Below are positions 1 to 9,180 of a stretch of DNA of 53,113 bases, piece after piece. Position 1 is the first letter of the stretch. The number at the start of each line of letters is the position of its first letter. The stretch is taken from positions 1 through 53,113 of IMG/VR virus record IMGVR_UViG_3300017989_000146, one strand, 5' to 3'. The position numbers were made by a program, and so were the translations under genes. This stretch comes from a virus. Taxonomy: Duplodnaviria; Caudoviricetes. Under the pieces are notes generated by a model that saw only the letters and a list, made by a program, of their open reading frames with translations, had not been told where the DNA came from and did not search any database.

Positions 1-1
1 A

Positions 2-1654
2 GTTTTCGGTCCACCGGGGACCGGCAAGACGACATATTTATCGAAGCAAATAGCCAGGGCAGCGAAGAAAGTCGGGTCTGATGCAATCATGGCCGCATCA
101 TTTACGAGAGCAGCAGCGACTGAGCTGGTCAGGAGGAGACTGCCGATCAGCCCTGAGAATGTCGGGACACTACACGCACTCTGTTATCGCCACCTCGGCC
201 GACCGACCATTGCTGAGACTCGCGTGAATGAGTGGAATGAGAGACACCCGAGCCTGGCGGTGACTGCGACCAAGAGGTCATCGTCAATCGATGAGCCGTT
301 CAATGATGAGGGTGGTGAAGTCGGATTCGGTAGGACGAAGGGGGACGAGCTGCTTGGAGAAATGCAGCTTGAACGGGCGATGATGAGACCGCGCGAACTC
401 TGGCGCCGAGGGGTCTTGGAGTTCGGTGAGCACTGGGACGAATGGTTGAAGCGGACAGGCTACGTTGATTTTACCGGGATGATCGAGGAGGCCCTGAGAT
501 CATTCTTCGGGGCTCCGAATTCACCTGAGATCGGTTTCTTCGATGAGGTACAGGATTTCACCCCACTCGAGCTGGCTCTGGTTCGAAAGTGGGGAGAGGG
601 GATGGATCACTTTATTCTCGCCGGCGATGATGATCAGTGTATCTACAGTTTTAAGGGTGCGACTCCTGATGCGTTCCTTGATCCTGATGTCCCTGATGAG
701 CAGAAGCGGATTCTTCGTGTCTCGTATCGAGTCCCTCAGTTGATCAGGAACCGAGCGCAGGACTGGGTCGAGATGCTATCGAGGCGAGAGCAGAAGCATT
801 ACGGTGCACGACGTGAGGATCCAAATGATTCTGATAGTCCGATCGTACAGGGTGTCGTGAGAAACCTCGATGCTCCCTGGGCCTCTCCCGAGCAGGTTAT
901 TGAAGATGCTGTTGATCGGTATCTTCCAGAGGGAAAGACGGTGATGATTCTGGCGTCATGCTCGTACATGATCGAGCCGCTGAAACAGGCACTCCGCCGG
1001 GAAGCACTCCCATTCCACAATCCGCATCGCCGGCGGCGAGGGGACTGGAATCCTCTGATGAAACGGCGAGGGGTATCGAGTATCGATATCCTGAAATCAT
1101 TCCTGAGTTCGTCACCGGAAGACGGGGGCCCGATGTGGACATGGCCAGACTTTATTACCTGGACTCGTGATTTGAAGATCAGGGGAAATCTACAGCGTGG
1201 GGCGAAGGACCGGCTGAGAGAATATGCGAAGACACTTGAAGATGCGAGTGATGAAATCAAAAAGCTCACGGTATCCGATACGCAGCTTGCGAAAATGATG
1301 CTCCCCGAGGCAGCAGAGCTGGCGAAGAGACTCGACGTCAGTTGGCTCGTGGACAATCTGCTTTCGAATAGGCAGAAGACAATGGAATACCCGGCAGAGG
1401 TTTTCAGGCGACATGGGGTTGATGCGATAACGAAGGATCCTCAGATCGTGATCGGGACTGTCCACTCAGTGAAAGGTGCTGAGGCCGATGTCGTCTATCT
1501 CTGGCCGAGCCTGTCTCCATCGGGGATGGAGCAATGGGAAAAAGGTGGGCGGCACCGTGACCCGGTCATCAGGATGTTTTACGTCGGAATGACGAGAGCG
1601 ATTGATGAGCTGGTCCTGCTTTCAAAGGGCGATGCAATGGGCGTTGAATTTTAA
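2..1654 (+). CDS. UvrD/Rep-like superfamily 1 helicase (5'-truncated)
   Basis: Frame is open from base 2: VFGPPGTGKTT (Walker A), SFTRAAA, TLHAL, DEVQD (Walker B), GDDDQCIYSFKGA, SYR, TVHSVKGAE, FYVGMTRA. The start lies upstream of the window. Confidence 0.93.
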   Translation, partial: VFGPPGTGKTTYLSKQIARAAKKVGSDAIMAASFTRAAATELVRRRLPISPENVGTLHALCYRHLGRPTIAETRVNEWNERHPSLAVTATKRSSSIDEPFNDEGGEVGFGRTKGDELLGEMQLERAMMRPRELWRRGVLEFGEHWDEWLKRTGYVDFTGMIEEALRSFFGAPNSPEIGFFDEVQDFTPLELALVRKWGEGMDHFILAGDDDQCIYSFKGATPDAFLDPDVPDEQKRILRVSYRVPQLIRNRAQDWVEMLSRREQKHYGARREDPNDSDSPIVQGVVRNLDAPWASPEQVIEDAVDRYLPEGKTVMILASCSYMIEPLKQALRREALPFHNPHRRRRGDWNPLMKRRGVSSIDILKSFLSSSPEDGGPMWTWPDFITWTRDLKIRGNLQRGAKDRLREYAKTLEDASDEIKKLTVSDTQLAKMMLPEAAELAKRLDVSWLVDNLLSNRQKTMEYPAEVFRRHGVDAITKDPQIVIGTVHSVKGAEADVVYLWPSLSPSGMEQWEKGGRHRDPVIRMFYVGMTRAIDELVLLSKGDAMGVEF

Positions 1655-1673
1655 TAAACGGAGGGGTAGAGAG

Positions 1674-1967
1674 ATGAATAATCAGCCGGTAAAATTTAAA
1701 ATTGAGAAAACGGGACGAGGTTTTGAGATTGCTGAGTTTAAAGATGCCTATGGGAAATACTGCTCACTACAGCAGAGTAGTATTGCCGGTTATGAAATTC
1801 CAGGTATTACCGCTATATGGCTCGGGAAAGAAGGGGCACGAATGCATCTGAATCATTATCAGGTTCAAGAAGTGATCCATCGTTTAACGAATTGGTTAAA
1901 TACCGGTTCATTTGAAGATGGTCATTCTATAATTGAACGAGAGGAGATTGAGGCTGATGAAGAATAG
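1674..1967 (+). CDS. small phage hypothetical protein (TGRGF...F.D.YG..CSLQ.SS type)
   Basis: GGAGGGG RBS before ATG 1674; locally AT-rich ORF. Confidence 0.7.
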   Translation: MNNQPVKFKIEKTGRGFEIAEFKDAYGKYCSLQQSSIAGYEIPGITAIWLGKEGARMHLNHYQVQEVIHRLTNWLNTGSFEDGHSIIEREEIEADEE

Positions 1968-2697
1968 GCCGAAACAGGTACCAGGGGTTACTACGGTGGT
2001 CAAGACACCATGCGGGAAGATGTACGTTACGGTAAATCACGATGATGATGGCCGGGCATTCGAGGTGTTCACCAGGATCGGGAAAGCCGGCGGGTGTGCA
2101 TCAGCACAGGCTGAGGCAATCGGGAGGCTCGTGTCGATCGCGCTGAGGTCTGGTATCAGTCCTGACCGACTGGCGAAGCAGCTTATCGGGATTCAGTGCC
2201 ATCTCGGAAGTGACGCGACCAAGTCGTGCGCTGATGGGGTGGGTCAGATCATGGCCGACGTCGCCGGCGGTGGTGAGGTGATTGAGTTGGAAATTCCTTT
2301 AACTGAGCCGTTCACGGACCAGATCCGATCAGACCTGAGTGGGACACCTGGACTGAGTGTCGAGATCATTCCCCAGGAACCCTTCCAGGTATGCGGTGAC
2401 TGCATGGTATTCGCGATCGTCGATGCTGGTACCCCGCCCGGTGAAAAAAAGGTTTCATCGATAGAGTGTGCAAAGCGCGGCGGGCCGGCGGTATGGAGGG
2501 GAACCGATGCCTGTGCAGCATTTGAGAATGCCAATCAGACTGGTCGGCTCACCTGCGGAGACTGCTTTCAGTTTACGATTGTTGATCCCGACGTCGCAGT
2601 GATCCGATGCGAAAAAGCGACGAGACTATATGAAGCGGATAGGCAGGTCGGCAGAACATCGAAAGCCTGTGATGGATTCATCGATCCGAAGGAGTGA
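1957..2697 (+). CDS. stand-alone TSCPD-domain protein (class II ribonucleotide reductase C-terminal/NrdJb-like) with two Cys-rich C-terminal repeats
   Basis: RPKQVPGVT..KTPCGKMYVTVN...FEVF..IGKAGGCASAQAEAIGRLVSIALRSG..QLIGIQC...SCAD; C-terminal CGDC..C..C motif occurs twice. Confidence 0.82.
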   Translation: MKNRPKQVPGVTTVVKTPCGKMYVTVNHDDDGRAFEVFTRIGKAGGCASAQAEAIGRLVSIALRSGISPDRLAKQLIGIQCHLGSDATKSCADGVGQIMADVAGGGEVIELEIPLTEPFTDQIRSDLSGTPGLSVEIIPQEPFQVCGDCMVFAIVDAGTPPGEKKVSSIECAKRGGPAVWRGTDACAAFENANQTGRLTCGDCFQFTIVDPDVAVIRCEKATRLYEADRQVGRTSKACDGFIDPKE

Positions 2698-2698
2698 C

Positions 2699-3004
2699 AT
2701 GGGAGCAAGGGTGACAGAGGGCCAGGTGGTGGCGGCGATCATCAGGCGACTGCGGAAAATTCCGGGCCTGAAGGTTGAAAAGACTCACGGCGGGACATAC
2801 GGGAAATCCGGTACGCCTGACTTGACTGGATGCTATCGAGGCCAGAGATTCGATATCGAAGTGAAAGCACCTGGGGCGAATGGTCCGACGAGGCAACAGC
2901 AGAGAGAGCTTGATGCGTGGGCTGCAGCAGGAGCGATCGTCGGGTGTGCGTGGTCAGCAGATGACGCAGTTCAAATCCTTGGGCCGATTCTGAAAGGAGA
3001 CTGA
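2699..3004 (+). CDS. VRR-NUC / PD-(D/E)XK nuclease (resolvase-like)
   Basis: E..V...I, GTPDL, IEVKAPG, T..Q motifs; AAGGAG RBS. Confidence 0.85.
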   Translation: MGARVTEGQVVAAIIRRLRKIPGLKVEKTHGGTYGKSGTPDLTGCYRGQRFDIEVKAPGANGPTRQQQRELDAWAAAGAIVGCAWSADDAVQILGPILKGD

Positions 3005-3005
3005 G

Positions 3006-3533
3006 ATGGAAGAGTGGGTTGATGTGACAGTCGAGTTTCGGTATGAGCAGGGACAGAAGATCAGGGTGTTCGACGGGGTCAAGAAAATCTGGCTACCGAC
3101 GTCACAGATCAAGGTTGACGATGAGCTCCCGAACTGGAATGCCTATTCGAATGGCGATGTCGTTGAGATTCAGATTCCGCGGTGGCTCGCTGAAGAAAGA
3201 GAAATGGTGCAATTCAAGGAAAGGGGAAATCAGACCATGATGATTTTCGAGCAGAGAACAATGGCAATCCCGGTCCCGTTCGCTGAGGTGATCTGGACCG
3301 ACATGAGAATGGACGATGTCCTTCTCAAACTTCCGTACGCGGAGGGGCAGCTGGCGTCACCGATGGGCGATCCCTTTATGAAGTACCTTCCGACCGGGCA
3401 GTCAACCACGCTGGCTGGCCAGGCTCAGGTCTGGGAGTATCGGTTCGCAGGAATCAAACTGATTACCGAAGATGAGATGAAGGAAGGAGGTAATGAATTA
3501 TGTGCAAGCGGGAAAGCGGGAGTTCCGCACTGA
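3006..3533 (+). CDS. hypothetical protein, possibly two fused small genes
   Basis: AAGGAG RBS; N-half has WLPTSQI...IPRWLA; internal AAGGGG + ATG at 3237. Confidence 0.6.
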   Translation: MEEWVDVTVEFRYEQGQKIRVFDGVKKIWLPTSQIKVDDELPNWNAYSNGDVVEIQIPRWLAEEREMVQFKERGNQTMMIFEQRTMAIPVPFAEVIWTDMRMDDVLLKLPYAEGQLASPMGDPFMKYLPTGQSTTLAGQAQVWEYRFAGIKLITEDEMKEGGNELCASGKAGVPH

Positions 3534-4012
3534 GGCTGAAGTCGACCTGGTTACTGATCGGGTCTGTCGTCGTTGCGGCATTGTTGGTGGCTGCCGTTGC
3601 GATGTCCGGGTGTAGCGAAGTCATTGACCGGATCATCGATCCGCCGGCACCGGAGTCGGTTTCTGGTGATTATGAGATTCGGTGGTCACTCGGCAATTTC
3701 GAGTTTCCTGATACGCTTTACATCTGCCAGGATCCTGTGCCGGCATTCGGTGAAGACGGAGACATCCGATATCCTACACAGATATGGGATGAGCTTGGGA
3801 GAACCTGGGTCGGAGAATACAGGCTGGTATCCGAGAACGACGATGACGTTCACGGAGTGTTGACGGCATCCAGGCTGTTCTCGGTCATGGTGTTCAAAGC
3901 AAGCAAGCGCTTCGGACGGATTCGTCTGATCGGCGGCGTCGTCGGGGTGAACGAGATCGGTGGTTTTTCGGCGGGGAGCGGGACGGCGAAGTATCGATCA
4001 ATCAACGAGTGA
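3500..4012 (+). CDS. putative lipoprotein
   Basis: AAGGAGG RBS; basic N-terminus, hydrophobic stretch, lipobox-like AMSG|C. Confidence 0.6.
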   Translation: MCKRESGSSALRLKSTWLLIGSVVVAALLVAAVAMSGCSEVIDRIIDPPAPESVSGDYEIRWSLGNFEFPDTLYICQDPVPAFGEDGDIRYPTQIWDELGRTWVGEYRLVSENDDDVHGVLTASRLFSVMVFKASKRFGRIRLIGGVVGVNEIGGFSAGSGTAKYRSINE

Positions 4013-4047
4013 ATGCCGAGAGTGCTCGGCGGAAAGGGGCAGCCAGG

Positions 4048-4974
4048 ATGGGAAAGGTATTAAAAAATGAGTTCGCTTGGTCGAAGTCGAGGATGGATAC
4101 ATTTGACGGGTGCCGGCGAAGATACTGGTTCAATTATTACGGCTCGTGGAACGGCTGGCTCAGGACGGCGCCGAAGAGAGCCAGGGACATCTACATCTTG
4201 AAACAGCTCCAGAACCGGTGGGGCTGGCCCGGGGCGAGAGTCCATGAGGCGATCGAGCGAGTCATCAAGGCTCTGAAATCATCCTCTCAGATTCCGAAAG
4301 TCGGTGATGAGATTCAGTCGCTCACGAAGCAGATGCGGCAGGATTTCCGATTTTCTCGCGACAAGTGTTACTGGACGGCGCCGAAGGGTGGGGTGGCGCT
4401 GGCCGAGCATGAATACGGTCCTGACCCCGGCAGTGATACCTGGGCCTTCGTGGTGAGCGAGGCCTGTCGGTGTCTTGAGGCATTTTTCGATTCTACGGTC
4501 TATCCTGATATCGTCGAGCTGTCGCCTGACCGATTCCTCGAGATCGAGGATTTTTCTCACTTCTACCTGGACGGGCTGAAAGTCTGGGTTGTCATGGACC
4601 TCTGCTTCCGCCGCCCTGATGACAAGGTGGTCATCGTCGACTGGAAAACCGGGAAAGCGAAGGACCCCGACCCTGTTCAGCTTTCCTGCTATGCGCTGTA
4701 TGCGAAGGAAAAATGGGGGCTCAGGCCAGGTGACATTGAGGTGTGCGAGTACAACCTGAAAGAAGGTCGGCCGGCGACGTCGACTATTACCGAGGGAATG
4801 CTGCTCGACGTCAGGCGGATAATCGAGACGAGCGCAGAAGGGATGACCAGGTACGTCGTCGACGGTGACCGCGCCAAGAATACCCCACTTCCCGAGGATG
4901 ACTTCGAGGCCATCGATACCGGTGACTGTCGGCGGTGCAATTTCAGGCGACTCTGCCCTGTCCAGGGAGGCTGA
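4048..4974 (+). CDS. Cas4/RecB-like PD-(D/E)XK exonuclease with Fe-S cysteines
   Basis: WSKSR...CRRRYW, G..VH, D....DWKTG, QL..YA, C-terminal CxxCx5C. Confidence 0.88.
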   Translation: MGKVLKNEFAWSKSRMDTFDGCRRRYWFNYYGSWNGWLRTAPKRARDIYILKQLQNRWGWPGARVHEAIERVIKALKSSSQIPKVGDEIQSLTKQMRQDFRFSRDKCYWTAPKGGVALAEHEYGPDPGSDTWAFVVSEACRCLEAFFDSTVYPDIVELSPDRFLEIEDFSHFYLDGLKVWVVMDLCFRRPDDKVVIVDWKTGKAKDPDPVQLSCYALYAKEKWGLRPGDIEVCEYNLKEGRPATSTITEGMLLDVRRIIETSAEGMTRYVVDGDRAKNTPLPEDDFEAIDTGDCRRCNFRRLCPVQGG

Positions 4975-4978
4975 TGAA

Positions 4979-5827
4979 ATGAAGCCGAAGAAACCAGGGC
5001 AGTATTGGGATATCATGATGAGCCCGATTACCGTGACTGGCTGTCATGTTTCACGAGGATGTGATCGGTGCTGGCATCATGCGATGGCTCGGAGGTTCTA
5101 CGATATTCATGAACGAGGAAAGTTGGTCGGGATAGATGATGGAATCGAGGTCCGGTGGCACGAGGATCGGCTGATGACGGTCAGAGGAGACTTGACGAGG
5201 CGAGTCGTCGCAGTTGGATGGCTCGGTGATATGTTCCATCCTCTCGTCCCAAGGGAATACATCAACAGGATACTCGATGCCGTTCTCGCCAATGGGCTGC
5301 ATATATACCTATTTCTCACGAAACACCCTGGCAGGATGGCGCAGGTCGTCAATGAGCACCTGGCGCAGTCCGAGCGATATGTCGACGAGGCGAGGCGGGA
5401 AAACCTGAATCTCTGGTTCGGTACGTCGGTCGAAGATCAGCCTACAGCAGAGGCCAGAATAAATGCCCTTTCACATGTCTGGCATGGTCGTCGATGGGTT
5501 TCCTATGAGCCGGCAAAAGGCCCGATGCTTTTGCCGAGGTCAGGGGTGAGGAGTACACTCAGAAACGGCCCACCCCTGAAAACCACCGTGGAGCTCGTGG
5601 TCGCCGGCGGGGAGACGGGGGCTGGAGCGAGTCAGGTCAATATCGAGTGGTTCATGAATCTTCGAGATCAGTGCCGAGAAACCGGCGTGACTTTCTACCT
5701 GAAGACTCTCGGGGATGCTCGGAAGAAAGAGCTGAAAGGATTCAGTGATGCTGCTGAGAGGGCAAGGATGATCGCCGGCAAAACCTATGACGACCTTCCG
5801 TGGGTCGGGGAGGTATTCGAAGGATGA
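4979..5827 (+). CDS. DUF5131 (phage Gp37/Gp68-like) protein
   Basis: TGCHVSRGCDRCW three-Cys motif, GDMFH, LTK.P, GTSVEDQ, SYEP, VAGGETG. Confidence 0.88.
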   Translation: MKPKKPGQYWDIMMSPITVTGCHVSRGCDRCWHHAMARRFYDIHERGKLVGIDDGIEVRWHEDRLMTVRGDLTRRVVAVGWLGDMFHPLVPREYINRILDAVLANGLHIYLFLTKHPGRMAQVVNEHLAQSERYVDEARRENLNLWFGTSVEDQPTAEARINALSHVWHGRRWVSYEPAKGPMLLPRSGVRSTLRNGPPLKTTVELVVAGGETGAGASQVNIEWFMNLRDQCRETGVTFYLKTLGDARKKELKGFSDAAERARMIAGKTYDDLPWVGEVFEG

Positions 5828-6069
5828 ACCTGGCCGACATGACTTATGACAATGCGACGCACCGACTCAGGTGTACGCATGCAACCGGAGTCACGAGAAA
5901 ATATTATACGATGCGCTGTCACCTGATTAGGATAACAAAGGCAGGGATGTGCAAGATCCTGGTCTTCGGTGATCGATACTGGCCTGGGCGGAATCATCGA
6001 AGCAGGGTCAGGTATGTGACTCGTGATCGATTGACGAAAATAAGAGAGGAGGAGTTGCGATGCCGGTGA
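5824..6069 (+). CDS. hypothetical basic protein
   Basis: ATGA overlap with the upstream stop; overlaps the next start. Confidence 0.55.
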   Translation: MNLADMTYDNATHRLRCTHATGVTRKYYTMRCHLIRITKAGMCKILVFGDRYWPGRNHRSRVRYVTRDRLTKIREEELRCR

Positions 6070-6641
6070 CGAGATTGATTGACGCGGTCGGTGGTGGGAC
6101 TCCTGGGGTGATGTTCCAGGTTCCGGTCGGGGAGGCTGAAAATATCGTAGCGCTGAGGATGCTCGCGGCGACGGTCCTGTTCAAGACCTGGGGTGATCCG
6201 TACTTCTGGGGTGGTGATGATCCGTCTGGGTGGGACTGCTCTGGGAACATCATCGAGGGGCTGAAATCCGCCGGTCTACTTCCGACGTCTGGAGACTGGA
6301 CCGCAGAGGGACTCAGGCGGAGGTTCCTTGAATATGAGATCACCGGGGACCCTTATCTCGGGGTGCTGGTTCTGTGGGTGGCCAACTATAAGGCGTCGCA
6401 TGTCGAGTTCTGCCTGAATGCTACACACTCGATCGGGGCCGGAGGCGGTGGGTCTGAGCTGGCTGTCTGCCCTGCTCCTGGTATCTTGGATCGAGTCGCT
6501 GCGATGATCAGTGGCCGAGCGAGAGCGGCGGAGCTGGCCTGGCAACGGAATGCCTACGTCAAGATTCGGCAGATCCGGGAGCGCGTCGGGGAGCAGCGGT
6601 CAGTCGTTTTCATCGACCCGTTCCTCGAGGTATCCCAATGA
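6060..6641 (+). CDS. NlpC/P60 family cysteine peptidase (candidate endolysin/cell-wall hydrolase)
   Basis: PYFWGGDDPSGWDCSG catalytic Cys motif, downstream HV; GAGGAG RBS. Confidence 0.85.
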   Translation: MPVTRLIDAVGGGTPGVMFQVPVGEAENIVALRMLAATVLFKTWGDPYFWGGDDPSGWDCSGNIIEGLKSAGLLPTSGDWTAEGLRRRFLEYEITGDPYLGVLVLWVANYKASHVEFCLNATHSIGAGGGGSELAVCPAPGILDRVAAMISGRARAAELAWQRNAYVKIRQIRERVGEQRSVVFIDPFLEVSQ

Positions 6642-7489
6642 CAACACTTTACGATCAGACGACAGCACTTCTTGAACGATGCTCAGGGGCCGAGGTTGAG
6701 CCGGTAGAGCAGATCGTGTCTATCAAGAAAAATCGAAAGTGGTGGGGAAAGAGGCCGGCGAGTCCGAAGTTGTCAATGGGATTTTTCTATGAGCTGGTGA
6801 CTGCGATGCTTCACGGCGGGACGCTGTCGGGGCACCTGATAACTGCTGGCGATCCTGGGGTTGATCATGTCTGTCCTGATGTGGTTTCAGAGGGTGCGGT
6901 GATCGAGGCGAAGGCATGCCTGGCTGGACACTCGATATTGTTGTGGGATGAGCAGGTCGCCGGCTATGAGGCGAGACAGGCTGATGCTCCCTGGGCCGAC
7001 GTCAGGTTCGTCATCTACAGGCACCGGTTCAGGGGGATCGGAAAATTCCGGGGGACGGAACGTCGAATCTTCGAGAGACTGGCAGTCGAAACATATGCTG
7101 CGATCAGTTTACCGATTGCGCTGGTGAGCAGGCTGCATGGGCCTGATATTTATGACGGCTGGACGAGGCGCTACGATGAAGGCCACTCGTCATACTCGGG
7201 ATGCACGATACTCAATTCATCATTGATGAATGCGCTGCTATTCGATCCTGAAAAAACGATTGCAGAAATCGGATGTCTCGGGGTACAGTTTAAGGCGAAG
7301 ACGCTGGCAGTCCCGTCACTATCGATCGACGGAATCAAGACAGAACCGTTCCCGATGACCATCATCAAGGAGGTATCTGCGAATGAGATTTCTAAAGAGG
7401 AAGCTGAAGAAAAGACGACGTCGGCGCCGACTTCGCATTATCAAGGCGGCCGGCAGGATTGCGTCGGCGCTGTTCTGGATGGCCTTTGA
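6638..7489 (+). CDS. hypothetical protein, putative PD-(D/E)XK nuclease
   Basis: E...PDV......IEAKA pattern; GAGG RBS and ATGA coupling. Confidence 0.5.
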   Translation: MTTLYDQTTALLERCSGAEVEPVEQIVSIKKNRKWWGKRPASPKLSMGFFYELVTAMLHGGTLSGHLITAGDPGVDHVCPDVVSEGAVIEAKACLAGHSILLWDEQVAGYEARQADAPWADVRFVIYRHRFRGIGKFRGTERRIFERLAVETYAAISLPIALVSRLHGPDIYDGWTRRYDEGHSSYSGCTILNSSLMNALLFDPEKTIAEIGCLGVQFKAKTLAVPSLSIDGIKTEPFPMTIIKEVSANEISKEEAEEKTTSAPTSHYQGGRQDCVGAVLDGL

Positions 7490-7556
7490 TGAGGTCGCCG
7501 GGGCGATAGCTGACCGAGTCGACCAGAAGGAGGACGGCGATGCCAAGAAGGGATGA
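7383..7556 (+). CDS. small Arg/Lys-rich protein (57 aa, not in ORF track)
   Basis: AAGGAGG RBS; MRFLKRKLKKRRRRRRLRIIKAAGRIASALFWMAFDEVAGAIADRVDQKEDGDAKKG. Confidence 0.5.
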   Translation: MRFLKRKLKKRRRRRRLRIIKAAGRIASALFWMAFDEVAGAIADRVDQKEDGDAKKG

Positions 7557-7827
7557 TGAAGTCTTTCGCCGGATGCATATGAATCGCCCGGCGACGGACA
7601 TCGAGAAATTCGCCAGCACTTTACTGCAGGACCCGATACCTCAGCAGGCGGCTGCTCTGTGGCCGCGATGTACTCCAACATCTATCGAAGTCGATGAGCT
7701 GAAACGTAGACTCAACAGGCTTGAAGCTGCAGTCCTATATCGGGATGGTGGTGATCCTCTCCGAGTCGTCGTCGCGACATCCGAAGAGGTCGGACGGTTC
7801 GTACTGTCAGGGAGGTTCGTACGATGA
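7540..7827 (+). CDS. hypothetical protein
   Basis: AAGGAGG RBS 7 nt before ATG. Confidence 0.6.
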   Translation: MPRRDDEVFRRMHMNRPATDIEKFASTLLQDPIPQQAAALWPRCTPTSIEVDELKRRLNRLEAAVLYRDGGDPLRVVVATSEEVGRFVLSGRFVR

Positions 7828-7922
7828 AAAAGTGGATCCGATGTATCAACTGGTGGTATGTGCTGCCGAGACTGGCGGCAATCCTGATCATGCTCGGCGT
7901 CATGATATGGGCGTCGTGCTGA
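7824..7922 (+). CDS. small single-TM peptide (32 aa, not in ORF track)
   Basis: GGGAGG RBS, ATGA overlap; MKKWIRCINWWYVLPRLAAILIMLGVMIWASC. Confidence 0.5.
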   Translation: MKKWIRCINWWYVLPRLAAILIMLGVMIWASC

Positions 7923-7939
7923 CGAGAGAGGAGATCGTC

Positions 7940-8467
7940 ATGAAGAGAAGCGGTTTATTCGGATGGATGTTCTGGGGTGCAATCGTCGTGTCTCTGGCCT
8001 GGTCTTCGCTGTTCATGGCCTTCGTGCCTGAGGCGTTTGCCGGTCATACGACCGTCGAAGGTCGTGGCCCACACCACGTCGGATGGCATCATGATCTGAT
8101 TCCCTATGACCAGTACCAGCTCGATCGTCTTTACTTCAGAGTCTATTTCCTGAGAGAGACGGCCGACCCGGCGACTGAAAAAATCTGCGTCGCCGATGGT
8201 CACTATGCTCTCTGGGCTCATGACGGGCCAGGGTGTCCAGGGGATGATGACCCCGCTTACCGAAGCCCCGAGTTGCTCATCCCTGAAAAGGGAAAGTGGC
8301 TGGTCGGGTGCTCGACCTATTTCCAGCTTGATTCAGGAGACATCTATGAATCGGCGATCGCCTGGTCTGAAGACTCGTCGATGACATGCCAGGGGATGAC
8401 CTGGGATTACCTCTGGATCGGAACGATCGGATGTATCTCGAATTTCATGATCAGTCCTTCACCATGA
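7940..8467 (+). CDS. secreted/periplasmic protein with signal peptide
   Basis: GAGGAG RBS; MKR + hydrophobic helix + AFA cleavage-like site; Cys-containing mature part. Confidence 0.65.
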   Translation: MKRSGLFGWMFWGAIVVSLAWSSLFMAFVPEAFAGHTTVEGRGPHHVGWHHDLIPYDQYQLDRLYFRVYFLRETADPATEKICVADGHYALWAHDGPGCPGDDDPAYRSPELLIPEKGKWLVGCSTYFQLDSGDIYESAIAWSEDSSMTCQGMTWDYLWIGTIGCISNFMISPSP

Positions 8468-8721
8468 GCGGCTGGCGATTCGGGGACAAGGGACAGGCTG
8501 CCATCCTGACGGCAGTCGAAGAACATCGGGCATACCTGCGTGGGAGCAAGCATATCAGTGATGCGTTCATCAAAGACGATGCGACGCCAGAGGATCTGAT
8601 GGCCGGTCTGCTCGGGGTGCTCGCTCATCCAAGGACGAGGCCGAGACAGCCGTTCAAAGAGTCAGTCGCAAAGGCCGCGGCATTCATGTATCGAGGATAC
8701 GGAAAGGGAGGGAGACGATGA
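8464..8721 (+). CDS. hypothetical protein
   Basis: ATGA overlap at both ends. Confidence 0.5.
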   Translation: MSGWRFGDKGQAAILTAVEEHRAYLRGSKHISDAFIKDDATPEDLMAGLLGVLAHPRTRPRQPFKESVAKAAAFMYRGYGKGGRR

Positions 8722-9020
8722 TGATCGAATCGATCGACATCGGAAACCTGACGCATAAACTCAGGATGATTGAGCGGACTCACCATATGACAGCGGTGCT
8801 GGTCGTGCTGCCCGATAGTACGGTACGGGTATTGACCAGCCACGGGAAGACGGGAAGGATCCGAAGTGACACGGCGCTGAGCTGGGCGCTCACCGACTTG
8901 CTGGCCTATGGGCCGGCGTCGAAGACACTCAGTGCGGCAGACGTGGTTCCGATAACGGCAGACGCTCCACGACGGCCGGGGGCCGAAAGACAAGGGGCAG
9001 ATGGGAGGCAGACTTCATGA
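8718..9020 (+). CDS. hypothetical protein
   Basis: GGGAGG RBS, ATGA coupling. Confidence 0.55.
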   Translation: MMIESIDIGNLTHKLRMIERTHHMTAVLVVLPDSTVRVLTSHGKTGRIRSDTALSWALTDLLAYGPASKTLSAADVVPITADAPRRPGAERQGADGRQTS

Positions 9021-9175
9021 GGTCGTTCCACGATTTTTTCAAGAATGGAAAGCCGACGCCGAGGAAGATCCTGGGGTCGAAGCATCTCGGAAGCAAACCG
9101 AGGAAATTGAGTGCGGTGCCCCGCCGGCGAAGGCGGAACCGCATCGCTCGGCTCTCGCGCAGGAAAAACAGATAA
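9017..9175 (+). CDS. small very basic protein (52 aa, not in ORF track)
   Basis: GGGAGG RBS, ATGA overlap; ends RRRRRNRIARLSRRKNR. Confidence 0.5.
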   Translation: MRSFHDFFKNGKPTPRKILGSKHLGSKPRKLSAVPRRRRRNRIARLSRRKNR

Positions 9176-9180
9176 CTGTC

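Noticed and set aside
4048-4974. Cas4-like nuclease as a sign of a CRISPR-Cas system
   Set aside because: No cas1/cas2 and no regularly spaced repeat array; solo Cas4-like exonucleases are common in phage replication modules
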